NCBI GenBank assembly: GCA_963712745.1
Contig: CAVQJC010000005.1
Coordinates: 32,001-96,000, forward strand
Source: an uncultured Chloroflexia bacterium
Lineage (GTDB): Bacteria > Chloroflexota > Limnocylindria > Limnocylindrales > CSP1-4
Direction: 5' to 3'
Length of the DNA stretch: 64,000 nucleotides
The first letter of the stretch is position 1. Each line of letters starts with the position of its first letter. The notes below the pieces were generated by a model. That model saw only the letters and a list, made by a program, of their open reading frames with translations, was not told where the DNA came from and made no database searches. This document shows, in pieces, positions 10,170 through 21,277 of the stretch. Both the position numbers and the translations under genes were made by a program.

Positions 10170-11270
10170 ATGAACTCACGCGAACGAGTCCTCCGAGCCC
10201 TCCGCCGCGATGGCCTGCCCGATCGCGTGCCGCTGGAGTTCGACCTCTCGCGGCCGCTGCTGGAGGCCTTCAGCCAGAAGCTGGACATCCCCATCGGCTG
10301 GCAGCCGAACTACTACGAGGACCTCAAGTACCGCACGTCGGGCGCCGAGATCAGGGTGGCCATGGGCAGCGACTGCGTGCTCGTCGGTGGCGGCGTGCCC
10401 CGGGGCTACGTGCCCGAGGAGACCGACGACGGCTGCATCGTCAACGAGTTCGGCATGAAGATGAAGATGGGCATCGCCTGGTACGACGTGGTGAAGGGCC
10501 CGCTGGAGTCCTGCACCACGGTGCAGGAAGTGCTGGACCTGCCCTTCCCGGACCCCTTCGACGAGGCCCGCTTCGAGGATGCCAGGCGCTACATCGAGAA
10601 GTACAAGGGCGAGTACTTCATCATCGGCGACGTCGAGCTGACGATGTTCGAGATGGCCTGGCACATGACCGGCCTGCAGAAGTTCATGACCGACATGGCC
10701 ATGGGCGAGGACTATGTCGAGGCGCTCATCGACCGCACCATGGGCTGGTCGGTCGCCATCGGCAAGCAGCTGGTGGAGCTCGGCGTCGACGGCATCTGGA
10801 CCGGCGACGACTTCGGGGCCCAGAACGGCATGATGATCTCGCCCGTCATGTGGCGCAAGATCTTCAAACCGCGCATGGCCGAGGTCTTCTCAGAGTTCCG
10901 CTCGGTCAACCCCGACGTGCTGGTCATGTATCACTGCGACGGCGCCATCGCGCCCATCCTGCCGGACCTCATCGAGATCGGGCTGGACGTCTTCAACCCG
11001 GTGCAGCCCAACGTGCCCGGCCACGAGCCGGCCGAGCTCAAGGCGCGGTTCGGCTCCGAGCTCTCGTTCTGGGGTGCCATCGACCAGCAGCAGCTACTGC
11101 CCATGGGCACACCCCAGGAGATCGAGGCCGACGTCAAGGCCAAGATCGAAGCACTGGGCCCGGGCGGCGGCTACATGGTCGCGCCGGCCCACATCCTCCA
11201 GGGCGACACGCCGGTCCAGAACGTGGAGGCGCTCATCGCCGCCGTCCAGAAGCACGGCGTCTACGCGTAG
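10170..11270 (+). CDS. Uroporphyrinogen decarboxylase / MtaA-CmuA methyltransferase family protein
   Basis: MNSRERV..PDRVP, GDDFG, HCDG, NPVQP, FWGAID, APAHILQ. Confidence 0.85.
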   Translation: MNSRERVLRALRRDGLPDRVPLEFDLSRPLLEAFSQKLDIPIGWQPNYYEDLKYRTSGAEIRVAMGSDCVLVGGGVPRGYVPEETDDGCIVNEFGMKMKMGIAWYDVVKGPLESCTTVQEVLDLPFPDPFDEARFEDARRYIEKYKGEYFIIGDVELTMFEMAWHMTGLQKFMTDMAMGEDYVEALIDRTMGWSVAIGKQLVELGVDGIWTGDDFGAQNGMMISPVMWRKIFKPRMAEVFSEFRSVNPDVLVMYHCDGAIAPILPDLIEIGLDVFNPVQPNVPGHEPAELKARFGSELSFWGAIDQQQLLPMGTPQEIEADVKAKIEALGPGGGYMVAPAHILQGDTPVQNVEALIAAVQKHGVYA

Positions 11271-11375
11271 CCGGCGCGGGGCACTCGGCAGCTAATGGGT
11301 CCCGATCGGCCCTGAGCGATCAGACTGGTCACCGAGCCGGGCCACCGGGTGAGCACCAGGGAGGGCCGATCAGGG

Positions 11376-11536
11376 TTCCCGCTCAGCGGGACAACGCCGC
11401 ATCTCGAACGCGGCCCGCCGCCAGGTCTGCGGGATTCGCGGCGTTGCTCGGGACAGATCGCCACCAAGTCCCGTTCAGCGGGACCTGCCAACAGACTGGG
11501 TGCCGAACCGGTCGCGTTGTCCCGCTGAGCGGGAAC
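11376..11536. repeat. Three palindromic TCCCGYTSAGCGGGA motifs (REP-like)
   Basis: Copies at about 11376, 11468 and 11519 between convergent genes. Confidence 0.7.
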
Positions 11537-11566
11537 TGCCTGGGCCGCGGCTTCTGGCCACAGAGA

Positions 11567-11598
11567 AGCCCCCGGTCCGCTCGAGCGGACCGGGGGCT
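11567..11598. terminator. GC-rich perfect palindrome between convergent operons
   Basis: AGCCCCCGGTCCGCTC|GAGCGGACCGGGGGCT. Confidence 0.7.
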
Positions 11599-11626
11599 CG
11601 ATGATCCCTTTGGGATCGCGTGTTGA

Positions 11627-12692
11627 CTAGCTGCCTGAGACGTTGTCAGCGGTGTAGACCGAGAACGGGCCCATCAGGACGCGGAGGGCGTCCACGTCGG
11701 GCCGGGTCGGGTCGGCTGTGATCTCGAAAGTGGTGTTGCCGCTGATGGGCCGACCCACTTCGAAGGTCTCACCAGCCACGCCCTCGATGGCGTCAGTGGC
11801 CAGCAGGTAGCCCACGTAGTAGGCCAGGTAGCCGAGGTCCACGAAGGACCACAGGGCGAACTCGGGCGCGCAACCGTCGAGCGTGTATGACTCCATCTCA
11901 GACGGCAGGCCCAGACCTGAGATCTTCGATCTGGTCGCAGAGGCCGTCGTCGGTGACGACCTTGGCCGCGGCCTTGATGCCCTCGGTGGTGGGGGCCATG
12001 ATCAGGGCCAGATCGGGCCACTGGTCGATCAGGCCGATCGCAGCCGCCTCGCTGTCGGCGATGTTGTCATTGCCGTAGACGATCTCGACGAGTTCGATGC
12101 CCTCGTACTTGGGATCCTGCAGCGCGACTTCCATGGCCGCGATCCAGGCGTTCTGGTTGGGCGACTCGGGCTTGGCCGAAAGCACAGCCATCTGCCCGCC
12201 GTCGGGCAGGATGTTGCGGGCCATGTCAGCCATGACCACGCCGGTCTCGTCGAAGTCGACCTGGGCGATGAAGACATCCTCACCGTTGCCCGAGGCGATG
12301 GGCGAGTCCCAGGTCACCACGCTGATGCCGGCCTCCTGTGCGGCGACGGCCGCATCGGCCATCTCCTCGCCGACGTTGTTCGAGATCAGGAGCACGTTGT
12401 ACTCCTGGGTGGGAGCGTTGACCACGAAGGCGACCTGGGCCGAACCGGTGTCGGTCGAGGCCGGTCCGACGAAGTCGGGCGCTGCGACGCCGAGCTCGGC
12501 AGCCGCTTCCATCGCGCCCTCGTTGGCCTGCTGGAAGACCTGGTTGTCCGTGAACTTGGGCAGCAGCATCACCTTCACGTCGGCGCCAGGCTCCGCCATC
12601 GCGGCGTCCTGCGCCAGTACCGCGCCACCGAGGCTGCCTACCGCCAGGGCGGCTGCCGTCAGGGTCGCGATCGTAGTGCGAGCCATCCTCAT
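11627..12692 (-). CDS. rhaS: Rhamnose-type sugar ABC transporter substrate-binding protein, frameshifted at about 11927
   Basis: Signal peptide, [18 protein letters not shown]; removing one base joins it to ...[14 protein letters not shown]...[10 protein letters not shown] in the second frame. Confidence 0.8.
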
Positions 12693-12841
12693 GAACTACT
12701 CCTCCTGCGCGGGCCCGCTGGACGGTCTCCTCGCGATGTTCGCGGACCGTCGGGCCACATGTGCAAAGGCATGGTATCCCAGCGGCGGGCCATGACAAGC
12801 CCAAACCCGCAAACCTTTGCAGGCGGCTCGCGAAGCCGCTG

Positions 12842-13840
12842 TCAGTCGGAGCTCGCGGCGGCCTTCGCGGCGCGTGTCCGCTGCGCCTCGATTCGGCTGC
12901 GGACGGAGGATCCGATGTTGGGCAGCAGCACCGAGAGGATGAGCAGCAGGCCGACGACGCCGATCTGCACGATGCCGTTGATGGACGCGAGGTCCATGCC
13001 GTTGCGCAAGTTCAGCACCAGCAGCGTGGCCAGGAACACGCCGATCATCGTGCCCGAGCCGCCGAAGATGCTCACGCCGCCGAGCAGGACCATGGTGATG
13101 ATCTCCAGCTCGAAGCCCTCGGCCGTGCTGCCGCGAACGGCACCGAACCGCGCGGAGATGATGACGCCGGCCACGGCGGCGGCGATGCCCGACATCATGA
13201 AGATGGCCATCTTGGTGCGCACGACGCGTACACCCGAGTAGAACGCGGCCTCCTTGTTGTTGCCGATGGCATAGACGTAGCGCCCGAACCCAGAGGCGTG
13301 GAGCAGGATCACGGCCCCGACCAGCAGGATGGCGTAGAAGAAGATGGACATCGGCGCGGGCCCGATGAACTCGGCCTGGGCGAAGTCCTTGAAGCTCTGC
13401 GGCAGGTCGTAGATGAACTCGCCCTCGATGAAGAAGAAGGCCAGGCCGCGGTAGCCGATGAGCCCGGCCAGCGTGACCGCCAGGGAAGGCAGCCCTACGA
13501 CCGCCACCCAGAAACCGTTGAAGAGACCGCACAGCGCCCCGACGAGGAGCGCCAGGACGACCGCCAGTTCGATGGGCAGGCCGTTCTGCCAGGTGACGGC
13601 CATGATCACCGCGGACAGGCCCATCACCGAGGCCACCGAGAGGTCGATCTCGCCGCTGATGATGACGAAGGCCATGGCCAGCGCCACGATGGCCTTCTCC
13701 AGGCTGAGCTCCAGCAGGTTGGACTGGTTGGTGAGCCCCAGGTAGCCGGGCACGACGGCGGCGTTGACCGCGATGACCACCAGCAGGATGAGCAGCAGCA
13801 GCGTCTCCCAGCGACGCAGGTAGGGCGCGATCCTATCCAT
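12842..13840 (-). CDS. Sugar ABC transporter permease (RhaQ-like)
   Basis: GEIDLSV, GRYVYAIGNN, GFELEIITMVLLGGVSIFGGSG. Confidence 0.93.
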   Translation of the reverse strand: MDRIAPYLRRWETLLLLILLVVIAVNAAVVPGYLGLTNQSNLLELSLEKAIVALAMAFVIISGEIDLSVASVMGLSAVIMAVTWQNGLPIELAVVLALLVGALCGLFNGFWVAVVGLPSLAVTLAGLIGYRGLAFFFIEGEFIYDLPQSFKDFAQAEFIGPAPMSIFFYAILLVGAVILLHASGFGRYVYAIGNNKEAAFYSGVRVVRTKMAIFMMSGIAAAVAGVIISARFGAVRGSTAEGFELEIITMVLLGGVSIFGGSGTMIGVFLATLLVLNLRNGMDLASINGIVQIGVVGLLLILSVLLPNIGSSVRSRIEAQRTRAAKAAASSD

Positions 13841-14897
13841 CGCCCGCTCCCGCCGGTGCGGGCCCGGCTCGCTCGCGTTCGTCCTTCAGTCGTGCCTCCC
13901 TGGTCCAGATGGCACGCAGCCGGTCAAGGATGATCTTGTCGGAGGCCACGGCCAGCAGGATGAGCAGGCCCAGGAGCGCGTCGCGGAGGAACTCGCTCAC
14001 CTCCGCCCAACGGATGAGGCCCTGGTCCAGGAAGACGATGAGCATCGCGCCCAGCACGACACCGATCATCGAGCCAGAGCCGCCGAAGATGTTGACACCG
14101 CCCACGACGACGGCCGCCACGACCGCGAGCTCCAGGCCCACTGCCGCCTGGGTGTTGACGTTGCCGAACCGGGCGATCCACATCCAGCCCGCCAGCCCGG
14201 CCAGGGCACCGCAGATGACGAAGGCGATGAAGACGTCTCGCTTCACGGGGAGTCCGGCCACGCGAGCCGCGTCGGGGTTGGAGCCGATGGCGAAGAGGCG
14301 TCGGCCGTAGCGGGCGTAGCTGATGATCAGCTGGAAGACGATGACGATGGCCAGCGCCAGGATCGGCAGGAGGCGGATCTGGAAGCCCTCGATCGTGCCG
14401 AGGTTGATGGAGTTGAGGTCGACGATCCAATCGGGCAGCTTGGCCACGGTCACCGGCTCGGCGCTGGCCGTGGTCGAGAGGATGGAGCGGTAGATGGCCA
14501 ACGTGCCCAATGTGGCCACGATGGCCGGTACACCTCCGTAGGCCACGATGAGGCCGTTGATGGCGCCCATGATCACGCCCAGGAGGATGCACAGGGCGAC
14601 GATGAACACGGGGTTCATGGTCGGATCGGTGATGAGGAACGTGCCCACGCCGTAGGCCACGACAGCCACCTGCGACCCGATCGACAGGTCGATGTTGCGG
14701 GTCAGGATGACCATGGTCAGGCCGACGCCGAGCACGACGATGATGGGCGTCGTCGTGGCCACCCTCGTGAACGTACGACCGGACGCGAAGCCCGGCACCT
14801 GCGTGGCGAAGAAGGCGATGACCACGACGATGATGACGAACAGCGCGATCTCGCGGATCTGCTCGGGTCGGACTCGCTTGAAGAACGCCGCTCTCAC
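13833..14897 (-). CDS. Sugar ABC transporter permease (RhaP-like)
   Basis: [39 protein letters not shown]. Confidence 0.93.
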   Translation of the reverse strand: MRAAFFKRVRPEQIREIALFVIIVVVIAFFATQVPGFASGRTFTRVATTTPIIVVLGVGLTMVILTRNIDLSIGSQVAVVAYGVGTFLITDPTMNPVFIVALCILLGVIMGAINGLIVAYGGVPAIVATLGTLAIYRSILSTTASAEPVTVAKLPDWIVDLNSINLGTIEGFQIRLLPILALAIVIVFQLIISYARYGRRLFAIGSNPDAARVAGLPVKRDVFIAFVICGALAGLAGWMWIARFGNVNTQAAVGLELAVVAAVVVGGVNIFGGSGSMIGVVLGAMLIVFLDQGLIRWAEVSEFLRDALLGLLILLAVASDKIILDRLRAIWTREARLKDERERAGPAPAGAGDG

Positions 14898-16489
14898 GAG
14901 ACCGCCTCGACCTGGCCCATCGCATGCGTGAGGATCTGCTCTTGCGTGGCGCCCTCAGCATCCATCGTGGCCATCTGGCGGCCTTCGCGCATGACCAGGA
15001 TGCGGTCGCTCATCGGTAGCAGCTCGGGCAGGTCCGAGCTGATGAGGATGATGGCGATGCCCTGCTTGACGAGGTCGTCGACGAGGTGATGCACCTCGAC
15101 CTTGGCACCGACGTCGATGCCGCGCGTAGGCTCGTCGAGGATGAGGATCCTGGGCGTGGTCGCGAGCCACTTGCTGAGCACGACCTTCTGCTGATTGCCA
15201 CCTGAGAGCGATGAAGCGGGCGTGTTGACCGATGGCGCCCGGATGGAGAGGCGCTCCCGGAACGACTCCGCCATGGCACGCTCGGCCTTGCGCATGACCA
15301 GCCCGACGCGGTTCAGGTACTTCCCCAGCGAGGGCAGCGTGATGTTCGATGCGATGGACTGCGGGAAGATCAGGCCCAGACCTCTGCGGTCCTCGGTGGC
15401 GTAGGCGATCCCGAGCGACAGCGCCTGTTGCGGGCTCTTGATGGTGACGGGCTTGCCGTCGAGCAGGATCTCGCCCTCGTCGGCGGGCGCGATCCCGAAG
15501 AGTGCCAGCGCCACGTCGGTGCGCCGTGCGCCCACGAGCCCCGCGAAGCCCAGGACCTCTCCTTCGCGCAGATGGAATTCGATGCCCCTGAAGGCGCCCT
15601 GGCGGCCGAGACCCTTGACCTCGAGGATGGTCTGGCCAGGGTTCGACTGGGTCCGCGTGAAGAACTCCACGACCTCGCGGCCGACCATCTGGCGGATCGC
15701 CTCCGTCGGGGTCAGGTCCGACCGTGGCGTAGTCGAGATCCATTGGCCGTCACGCATCACGGTGATGCGATCGGCGACATGGAAGACCTCTTCGAGCCGG
15801 TGAGAGATGAAGAGGACAGCTACACCCTCGTCACGCAGGCGGTTGACGATCTTGAACAACTGAGCCACTTCGTGGGCCGAGAGCGACGCGGTGGGCTCGT
15901 CCATGATGAGGACGCGCACGTCGAGCGAGAGGGCCTTGACGATCTCGACCGTCTGCTGCTGCGCCAGGGTCAGGCCTCGCGCGGGCTGCATGACGTCCAT
16001 GTGCACGTCCAGGCGGGCCAGGACCTGCTCGGCCTCCTTGCGCATCTGGCCTCGGCGCGCGATGCGTCCGCGATCGCGATGGCCGATGAAGATGTTCTCC
16101 GCGACGCTCAGGTCGGGGAACACCATGGGCTCCTGGTAGATGGCCGCGACGGCGTAGGTCTGTGCGTCGAAGGCACTGGCGATGCGCACCTGTTTGCCAT
16201 CGATGTAGATGTCACCGATGTCGGGCTGGACCACGCCGGTCATGACCTTGATGAGCGTGGATTTGCCGGCGCCGTTCTCGCCGAGCAAGGCATGGATCTC
16301 GCCGGGGATCAGCTCGAGGGAGACATCATCCAGCGCCTGGATCTCTCCGTATCGCTTGGAGACGCCGCGCATCTCGAGGACCGGGGCCGCCCCCGAAGAA
16401 GCGGGCCGGTGCTCGACCGGTCCCGCTGCCGTCCCCGCTTCCGACACAGCCGCAGCCTGTGCCGGACCATCCTCCACGTGCTCGGGCAT
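14894..16489 (-). CDS. Sugar ABC transporter ATP-binding protein (two ABC domains, RhaT-like)
   Basis: Walker [36 protein letters not shown]; start uncertain. Confidence 0.95.
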   Translation of the reverse strand: MPEHVEDGPAQAAAVSEAGTAAGPVEHRPASSGAAPVLEMRGVSKRYGEIQALDDVSLELIPGEIHALLGENGAGKSTLIKVMTGVVQPDIGDIYIDGKQVRIASAFDAQTYAVAAIYQEPMVFPDLSVAENIFIGHRDRGRIARRGQMRKEAEQVLARLDVHMDVMQPARGLTLAQQQTVEIVKALSLDVRVLIMDEPTASLSAHEVAQLFKIVNRLRDEGVAVLFISHRLEEVFHVADRITVMRDGQWISTTPRSDLTPTEAIRQMVGREVVEFFTRTQSNPGQTILEVKGLGRQGAFRGIEFHLREGEVLGFAGLVGARRTDVALALFGIAPADEGEILLDGKPVTIKSPQQALSLGIAYATEDRRGLGLIFPQSIASNITLPSLGKYLNRVGLVMRKAERAMAESFRERLSIRAPSVNTPASSLSGGNQQKVVLSKWLATTPRILILDEPTRGIDVGAKVEVHHLVDDLVKQGIAIILISSDLPELLPMSDRILVMREGRQMATMDAEGATQEQILTHAMGQVEAVS

Positions 16490-16633
16490 GGCGACGAGCA
16501 TACCCGAGCGACACCGGGGCGCGGGGAGCCATCTCGTCCTGCTGTGGGCGGGCCATTTGCCACTGCGTCGGACCCTGTCGCGGACGACTGGCTACGATGG
16601 TGGAGCACTTCCCCCGCTGTGTATGGAGGCGAC

Positions 16634-17503
16634 GTGGGACGCATCCCGTTCATCGACACGCACGTCCACTTCTACGACCTGCAACACCCCTCGCTGGAGT
16701 ACGGCTGGCTGAAGCCTGGCGTCAAGCACCACATCCTCGAGGCGGTCGAGCCCATCCAGGCGCAGCGCTACTGGGCCGATGATTGGGTCGCCGAGTCGCG
16801 CTTCAGCAACGTGATCAAGTCGATCCACGTCGAGTGCGCGGTGGGCACGCCCGACCCGGTGCAAGAGACGCGCTGGCTGCAGGCCTTCGCGGACCGGCTG
16901 GGCCATCCTCACGGCATCGTGGCCGAGGTGCACCTCGCGCAGCCTGATGCAGAGGCCGTCATCGAGCGACACCTGGCCTTCGCCAACATGCGTGGTGTGC
17001 GCGATTTCGGCGAGGGCGACTATGAGCTCGACCCGGCCTGGCAACGCGGCTTCGCGCACCTCCGCAAGCATGGCCTCGTGGCCTGCCTGGACTCACGCCC
17101 AGAGCAATTCGCCAACGTGAAGTCCCTGGCGCAGGCATTCCCCGACACGCTCATCTCGCTCGATCATGCCGGTCTTCCGCTCAGACGCGACGAGGAGTAC
17201 CTGGCGCTGTGGCGGCGTGAGATCGCGAGCCTGGCTGAAGCCCCCAACATCATCGTCAAGGTCTCCGCCCTGGGTATGGGTGACCCCCGTTGGACGCTGG
17301 ACTCGATGCGGCCGCTGGTCCTCCACTGCATCGAGTCGTTCGGTCCCGAGCGGACGATCTTTGGCACCAACTGGCCGGTCGACCGCCTGTTCTCCTCCTA
17401 CCCCGACGTCATCGACGCCTACGCCGAGATCATCTCCGACTTCTCGCCCACGGAGCAGACGGCCATGTTCAGCGCCAACGCCGAGCGCTATTTCCGTATC
17501 TAG
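16634..17503 (+). CDS. Amidohydrolase_2 family protein (sugar lactonase-like)
   Basis: IDTHVH, LDHAG, FGTNWPV; GTG start after GGAGG. Confidence 0.88.
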   Translation: MGRIPFIDTHVHFYDLQHPSLEYGWLKPGVKHHILEAVEPIQAQRYWADDWVAESRFSNVIKSIHVECAVGTPDPVQETRWLQAFADRLGHPHGIVAEVHLAQPDAEAVIERHLAFANMRGVRDFGEGDYELDPAWQRGFAHLRKHGLVACLDSRPEQFANVKSLAQAFPDTLISLDHAGLPLRRDEEYLALWRREIASLAEAPNIIVKVSALGMGDPRWTLDSMRPLVLHCIESFGPERTIFGTNWPVDRLFSSYPDVIDAYAEIISDFSPTEQTAMFSANAERYFRI

Positions 17504-17511
17504 GGGGATCC

Positions 17512-18159
17512 ATGGAGCGCTGCCTGCACTACTTCCGCCTCTTGCCCGGCACAGAGACCAAGTTCGACCGGATGCACGCCGAGGTCGAGCCAGAGGTGGC
17601 CGCGGACATGGCTGCTGCCGGACTGCACGATGTCACCGTCTTCCGCCGCGGCACCGACGCCTGGCGCTACGCCCTCGCTGAGCCCGACCGGGAGACGGCC
17701 TACCGGCGCTACCTGGAACAGCCCTCGACCCAGGCCCGACGGCGCCATCTGCGGGGCATCGTGGCCGAGCTCGAGGCACCCGGCGGCGGGCTCATATGGT
17801 TCGACGAGGTCTTCCATACCGATGCCCCCGACCCTGGCGGCCCGTGGGCGCGAGGCTTCTTCACGATGGTCATCGATGTGGAGCACGCGGAGCTCTACGA
17901 CCGGCTCCACGCGGAGCCCTGGCCGGAGATGATCGAGGCCATCGCCGAGGCCGGCTACCGTGACTACACCGGCTTCCGCCGCGGAGCCCACGTCGTCTAC
18001 TACGGGCGCTACTACCCCGACTTCCAGACCGTCATCGACAGGATCAACGCCACCGACGTGGCGGCGCGCTGGGGTGCGGCGCTGGGAGACGCGATCACCA
18101 CCTTCACCGACGAGGACGGGCGCAACTTCAGCGCCACCGAGGTCTACCACGTCGACTGA
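17512..18159 (+). CDS. L-rhamnose mutarotase family protein with two tandem domains
   Basis: Two repeats of (F/Y)DRxHAE..PE...AAG..D.T.FRRG...EV(F/Y)HxD. Confidence 0.8.
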   Translation: MERCLHYFRLLPGTETKFDRMHAEVEPEVAADMAAAGLHDVTVFRRGTDAWRYALAEPDRETAYRRYLEQPSTQARRRHLRGIVAELEAPGGGLIWFDEVFHTDAPDPGGPWARGFFTMVIDVEHAELYDRLHAEPWPEMIEAIAEAGYRDYTGFRRGAHVVYYGRYYPDFQTVIDRINATDVAARWGAALGDAITTFTDEDGRNFSATEVYHVD

Positions 18160-18199
18160 CGGCGGGGCCTCCAGTTGCGACCACGGCCGGGAGCGCCGG

Positions 18200-19225
18200 T
18201 CAGCCCGGGACGGGCGCGTCTTCGCGCAGCAGGCCCTCGGCCTTGAGCTCGGCCCACAGGTCGGCCGGGATGGGGTGGCGGAAGGTGGCCACGTTGCGCT
18301 CCACCTGCGCGGCTGAAGCGGCGCCGGGGATGACCGCCGAGACGACCGGGTGGCCCATCACGAACTGCAGCGCGGCCGCCGCGATGGGCACGTCGTGCCG
18401 GGCGCAGACGGCCTCGATGCGCCGCACCCGCTGCAGCTCCGCCTCGCTGGCTGGGCGGTAGTCGCAGCGGGCACCGGGCACGGCACCGGTGGCCAGGATG
18501 CCCGACTGGTAGGGCGCGCCGATGACGACGCTGATGCCGCGCTCGGCACAGACGTCGAACTCGCCGTCGAGCATCTCCTGTCGCAGCAGCGTGTAGGGCA
18601 TGGCCACCAGCCAGAAGTCGGGCTCGCAGAAGGCCAGGAAGCGGTCGATCATGCCCAGCTCGTTGACCCCGGCCCCGACCGCCTTGAGCAGCCCGTCCCG
18701 GCGCAGCGCCTCGAGGGCCCGCCAGCCGCTCGACTCGAGCTGATCGAGGTAGTGCTGCACGCGCTCCTCGGTCTGGTGCGTCCAGAAGTCGAGGTCGTGG
18801 ATGACGCCCACGTCGTAGTGGGTCATGCCCAGGCGCAGCTGGCTCTGCTCGTAGCTGCGCATGATGCCGTCGTAGGTGTAGTCGTGGTAGTGCACGAAGG
18901 GCGCCGGGGCGACCCAGGGCGAGAGGTCCGGCTCGGAACCGGGCTTGGCCGCGTCGAAGCAGCGGCCCACCTTGGACGAGAGCACGTATTGGTCCCGCGG
19001 CCGGTAGCGCAGGCCGGCGCCGGTGCGCAGCTCCGAGAGGCCGCGGCCGTACCAGGGCGAGGTGTCGAAGTAGCGGATGCCGGCCGCCCAGGCCGCCTCG
19101 ATGGTGTCGAGTGCGTCCTGCTCGGTGACCACGCGGTAGATCGAACCGTACGAGGCCCCGCCCAGGCCCAGCTGGGTGACCTCCACGCCGCTCTTGCCCA
19201 GTGCTCGCTTGACGGTCGGGTCCAT
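18200..19225 (-). CDS. Aldo/keto reductase (D-threo-aldose/L-fucose dehydrogenase-like)
   Basis: YFDTSPWYGRGLSE, SSKVGR, DYTYDGIMRS, IHD, GAGVN. Confidence 0.9.
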   Translation of the reverse strand: MDPTVKRALGKSGVEVTQLGLGGASYGSIYRVVTEQDALDTIEAAWAAGIRYFDTSPWYGRGLSELRTGAGLRYRPRDQYVLSSKVGRCFDAAKPGSEPDLSPWVAPAPFVHYHDYTYDGIMRSYEQSQLRLGMTHYDVGVIHDLDFWTHQTEERVQHYLDQLESSGWRALEALRRDGLLKAVGAGVNELGMIDRFLAFCEPDFWLVAMPYTLLRQEMLDGEFDVCAERGISVVIGAPYQSGILATGAVPGARCDYRPASEAELQRVRRIEAVCARHDVPIAAAALQFVMGHPVVSAVIPGAASAAQVERNVATFRHPIPADLWAELKAEGLLREDAPVPG

Positions 19226-19236
19226 GGCCTTCCCTC

Positions 19237-20004
19237 CTAGTACATCAGGAAGCCGCCGGAGACGTTGATCGTTGCCCCCGTGATGTAGCGGGCATGGTCG
19301 GAGGCGAGGAAGACGACCGGCCCTGCCAGCTCTTGCGGCTGCGCCACGTAGCCCAGGGGCGTGCCCGCCTTCATCGACTCGTAGACAGCCGGATCGAGGT
19401 CGGTCAGGAGCATGGGGGTCTCGACCTGGCCGGGCGAGACGGCGTTGACGGTGATGCGGTGGGGCCCGTACGTCCGAGCCAGGCCGCGACACATCGAGGT
19501 CACGCCGCCCTTGGTGGCTGCGTACACGACCGAGCCTCCGTAGCCGCCCGTCCACCAGCCCTGCGAGGTGAAGAGGATGATGCGCCCGCCCCGGCCGGCC
19601 TGGACCATGGCGTCCGCGGCTGCCCTGGAGAGGAAGAAGGCGGCCTTGAGGTTGACGTCGTGCTGGAAGTCCCAGTCATCCTCGCTGACCTCGTCGACGC
19701 TGCCTCGCCGCCGCAGCACGGCCGCCAGGTTGGCCAGGACGTAGAAGTCGCCCAGCTCGCGTCGCGCACGCTCGACGAGGGCACCGTGGCCGGCGACGTC
19801 GCGGAGGTCGGCGGCAGCGCCTGCGTGGCCACTGCCTTGCAGGCCGGCCACCACGTCATCGACCGCGGCCGCGTCCAGGTCCACGGCCATGACCCGGGCG
19901 CCGGTCGTGGCGAATGCCTCCGCCACGGCTTTGCCGATGCCGCCCGCTGCGCCGGTGACGATGACGCCCCGGCCCTCAAGCCCGGCGCCGACGCTCCATG
20001 CCAT
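19237..20004 (-). CDS. SDR family oxidoreductase
   Basis: TGAAGGIG, YAATK, NAVSPG. Confidence 0.93.
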   Translation of the reverse strand: MAWSVGAGLEGRGVIVTGAAGGIGKAVAEAFATTGARVMAVDLDAAAVDDVVAGLQGSGHAGAAADLRDVAGHGALVERARRELGDFYVLANLAAVLRRRGSVDEVSEDDWDFQHDVNLKAAFFLSRAAADAMVQAGRGGRIILFTSQGWWTGGYGGSVVYAATKGGVTSMCRGLARTYGPHRITVNAVSPGQVETPMLLTDLDPAVYESMKAGTPLGYVAQPQELAGPVVFLASDHARYITGATINVSGGFLMY

Positions 20005-20013
20005 GGCTCCCCC

Positions 20014-21180
20014 CTAGGTCCTGGCTCCGACCGAGGACGGGTCGGCCAGCACCTTCTCCGAGCGATAGCGCTCGACCACCTCGTCGATGACCTCGATGCC
20101 CAGCCCCGGCGCCGTGGGCGGGTAGAGCCAGCCCGAGTCGTGATCGAGCGGCTCGGCCACCAGGTCGTGCTGCATGGGGTTGGGCAGCGGCTTCACCTCG
20201 ATGAGCCGCGCGCTGGTGGTGGCGAAGCTGATGGCCAGGCTGGCCGCGGTGACGATGGCCGAGGACCAGGCGTGGGCGTTCGACTGCCGTCGGTAGTGCT
20301 CGACGCGGTCGGTGACCCGGCGGAAGCCGGTGATGCCCTGGGCGCGTCCGGGGTCGACACCCACCACATCGACCGTGCCCGTGGCCAGCACCCGCTCATA
20401 GCCGGCGGGGTCCCACTCCTTCTCGCCGTAGGCGATGAGCGTCGACGTCCTGGCCCGCAGGTCGGCGTAGCCGCTCGGGTCCCAGGCGCCGAGGGGCTCC
20501 TCGATCCAGTGCAGGTCGTACTCCTCGAACGCCTGGATACGCCGCGTGGCGGTCTTCACGTCCCAGACCGTCTTCCAGCCGCAGTCGATCATGATCAGCT
20601 GCTCAGGCCCCAGCCCATCGCGCATGCGTCGCATGTATTCCACGTCGCGATCGTGCTCGTAGCCGAGGTGGGCATCGCCGCGCTTGCCGAAGCCGACCTT
20701 GACCCCGTGGAGGCCCGGCTCGACCCAGCCCTGGGCCTCTTCGACCATACGGCCGATGTCGGCGTGGTGGGCATGGCAGGAGGCCACGGCCGGGAGGCGT
20801 TCGTGCACGGCCCCGCCCAGCAGCTGGACCACCGGGGCGCCGAGCAGCTTGCCCTTGAGGTCCCACAGCGCGATGTCGATGGCCGCGATGGCGAACGAGG
20901 CCAGGCCGCCGCCGTAGCCATACCACCACGCGCGATCGTGCAGCGCGTGCCAGATGGCCACGTTGTCCAGAGGGTCGCGGTCCACCACCAGCTCGGCCAT
21001 GCCCTCGACCAGGGCCTTGGTGGCGAAGGTCGATTCGGGCCACATGGTGATGGCCTCGCCCCAGCCCACGACCCCGTCCCGCGTGGTGATGCGCACCAGA
21101 CAGAGGTGGCGCAGGGCATCGAAGTCGTTCGGCTCCGGGTACGAGACCGGGATGGCTTCCACCGTCGCGATCCTGTCCAT
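20014..21180 (-). CDS. Mandelate racemase / enolase superfamily sugar-acid dehydratase
   Basis: IDIALWDLKGK, KVG, MID, WIEEP, GE. Confidence 0.9.
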   Translation of the reverse strand: MDRIATVEAIPVSYPEPNDFDALRHLCLVRITTRDGVVGWGEAITMWPESTFATKALVEGMAELVVDRDPLDNVAIWHALHDRAWWYGYGGGLASFAIAAIDIALWDLKGKLLGAPVVQLLGGAVHERLPAVASCHAHHADIGRMVEEAQGWVEPGLHGVKVGFGKRGDAHLGYEHDRDVEYMRRMRDGLGPEQLIMIDCGWKTVWDVKTATRRIQAFEEYDLHWIEEPLGAWDPSGYADLRARTSTLIAYGEKEWDPAGYERVLATGTVDVVGVDPGRAQGITGFRRVTDRVEHYRRQSNAHAWSSAIVTAASLAISFATTSARLIEVKPLPNPMQHDLVAEPLDHDSGWLYPPTAPGLGIEVIDEVVERYRSEKVLADPSSVGART

Positions 21181-21277
21181 GCGCGTGGGTCCTCCTCCGG
21201 GTTCGGCAGGGCCGGCTGGCTGGCGTTCGCCGCTCGTGCCTCACGCTATCATCCGCTGGCCAGTGAGGAGGAGGCGA

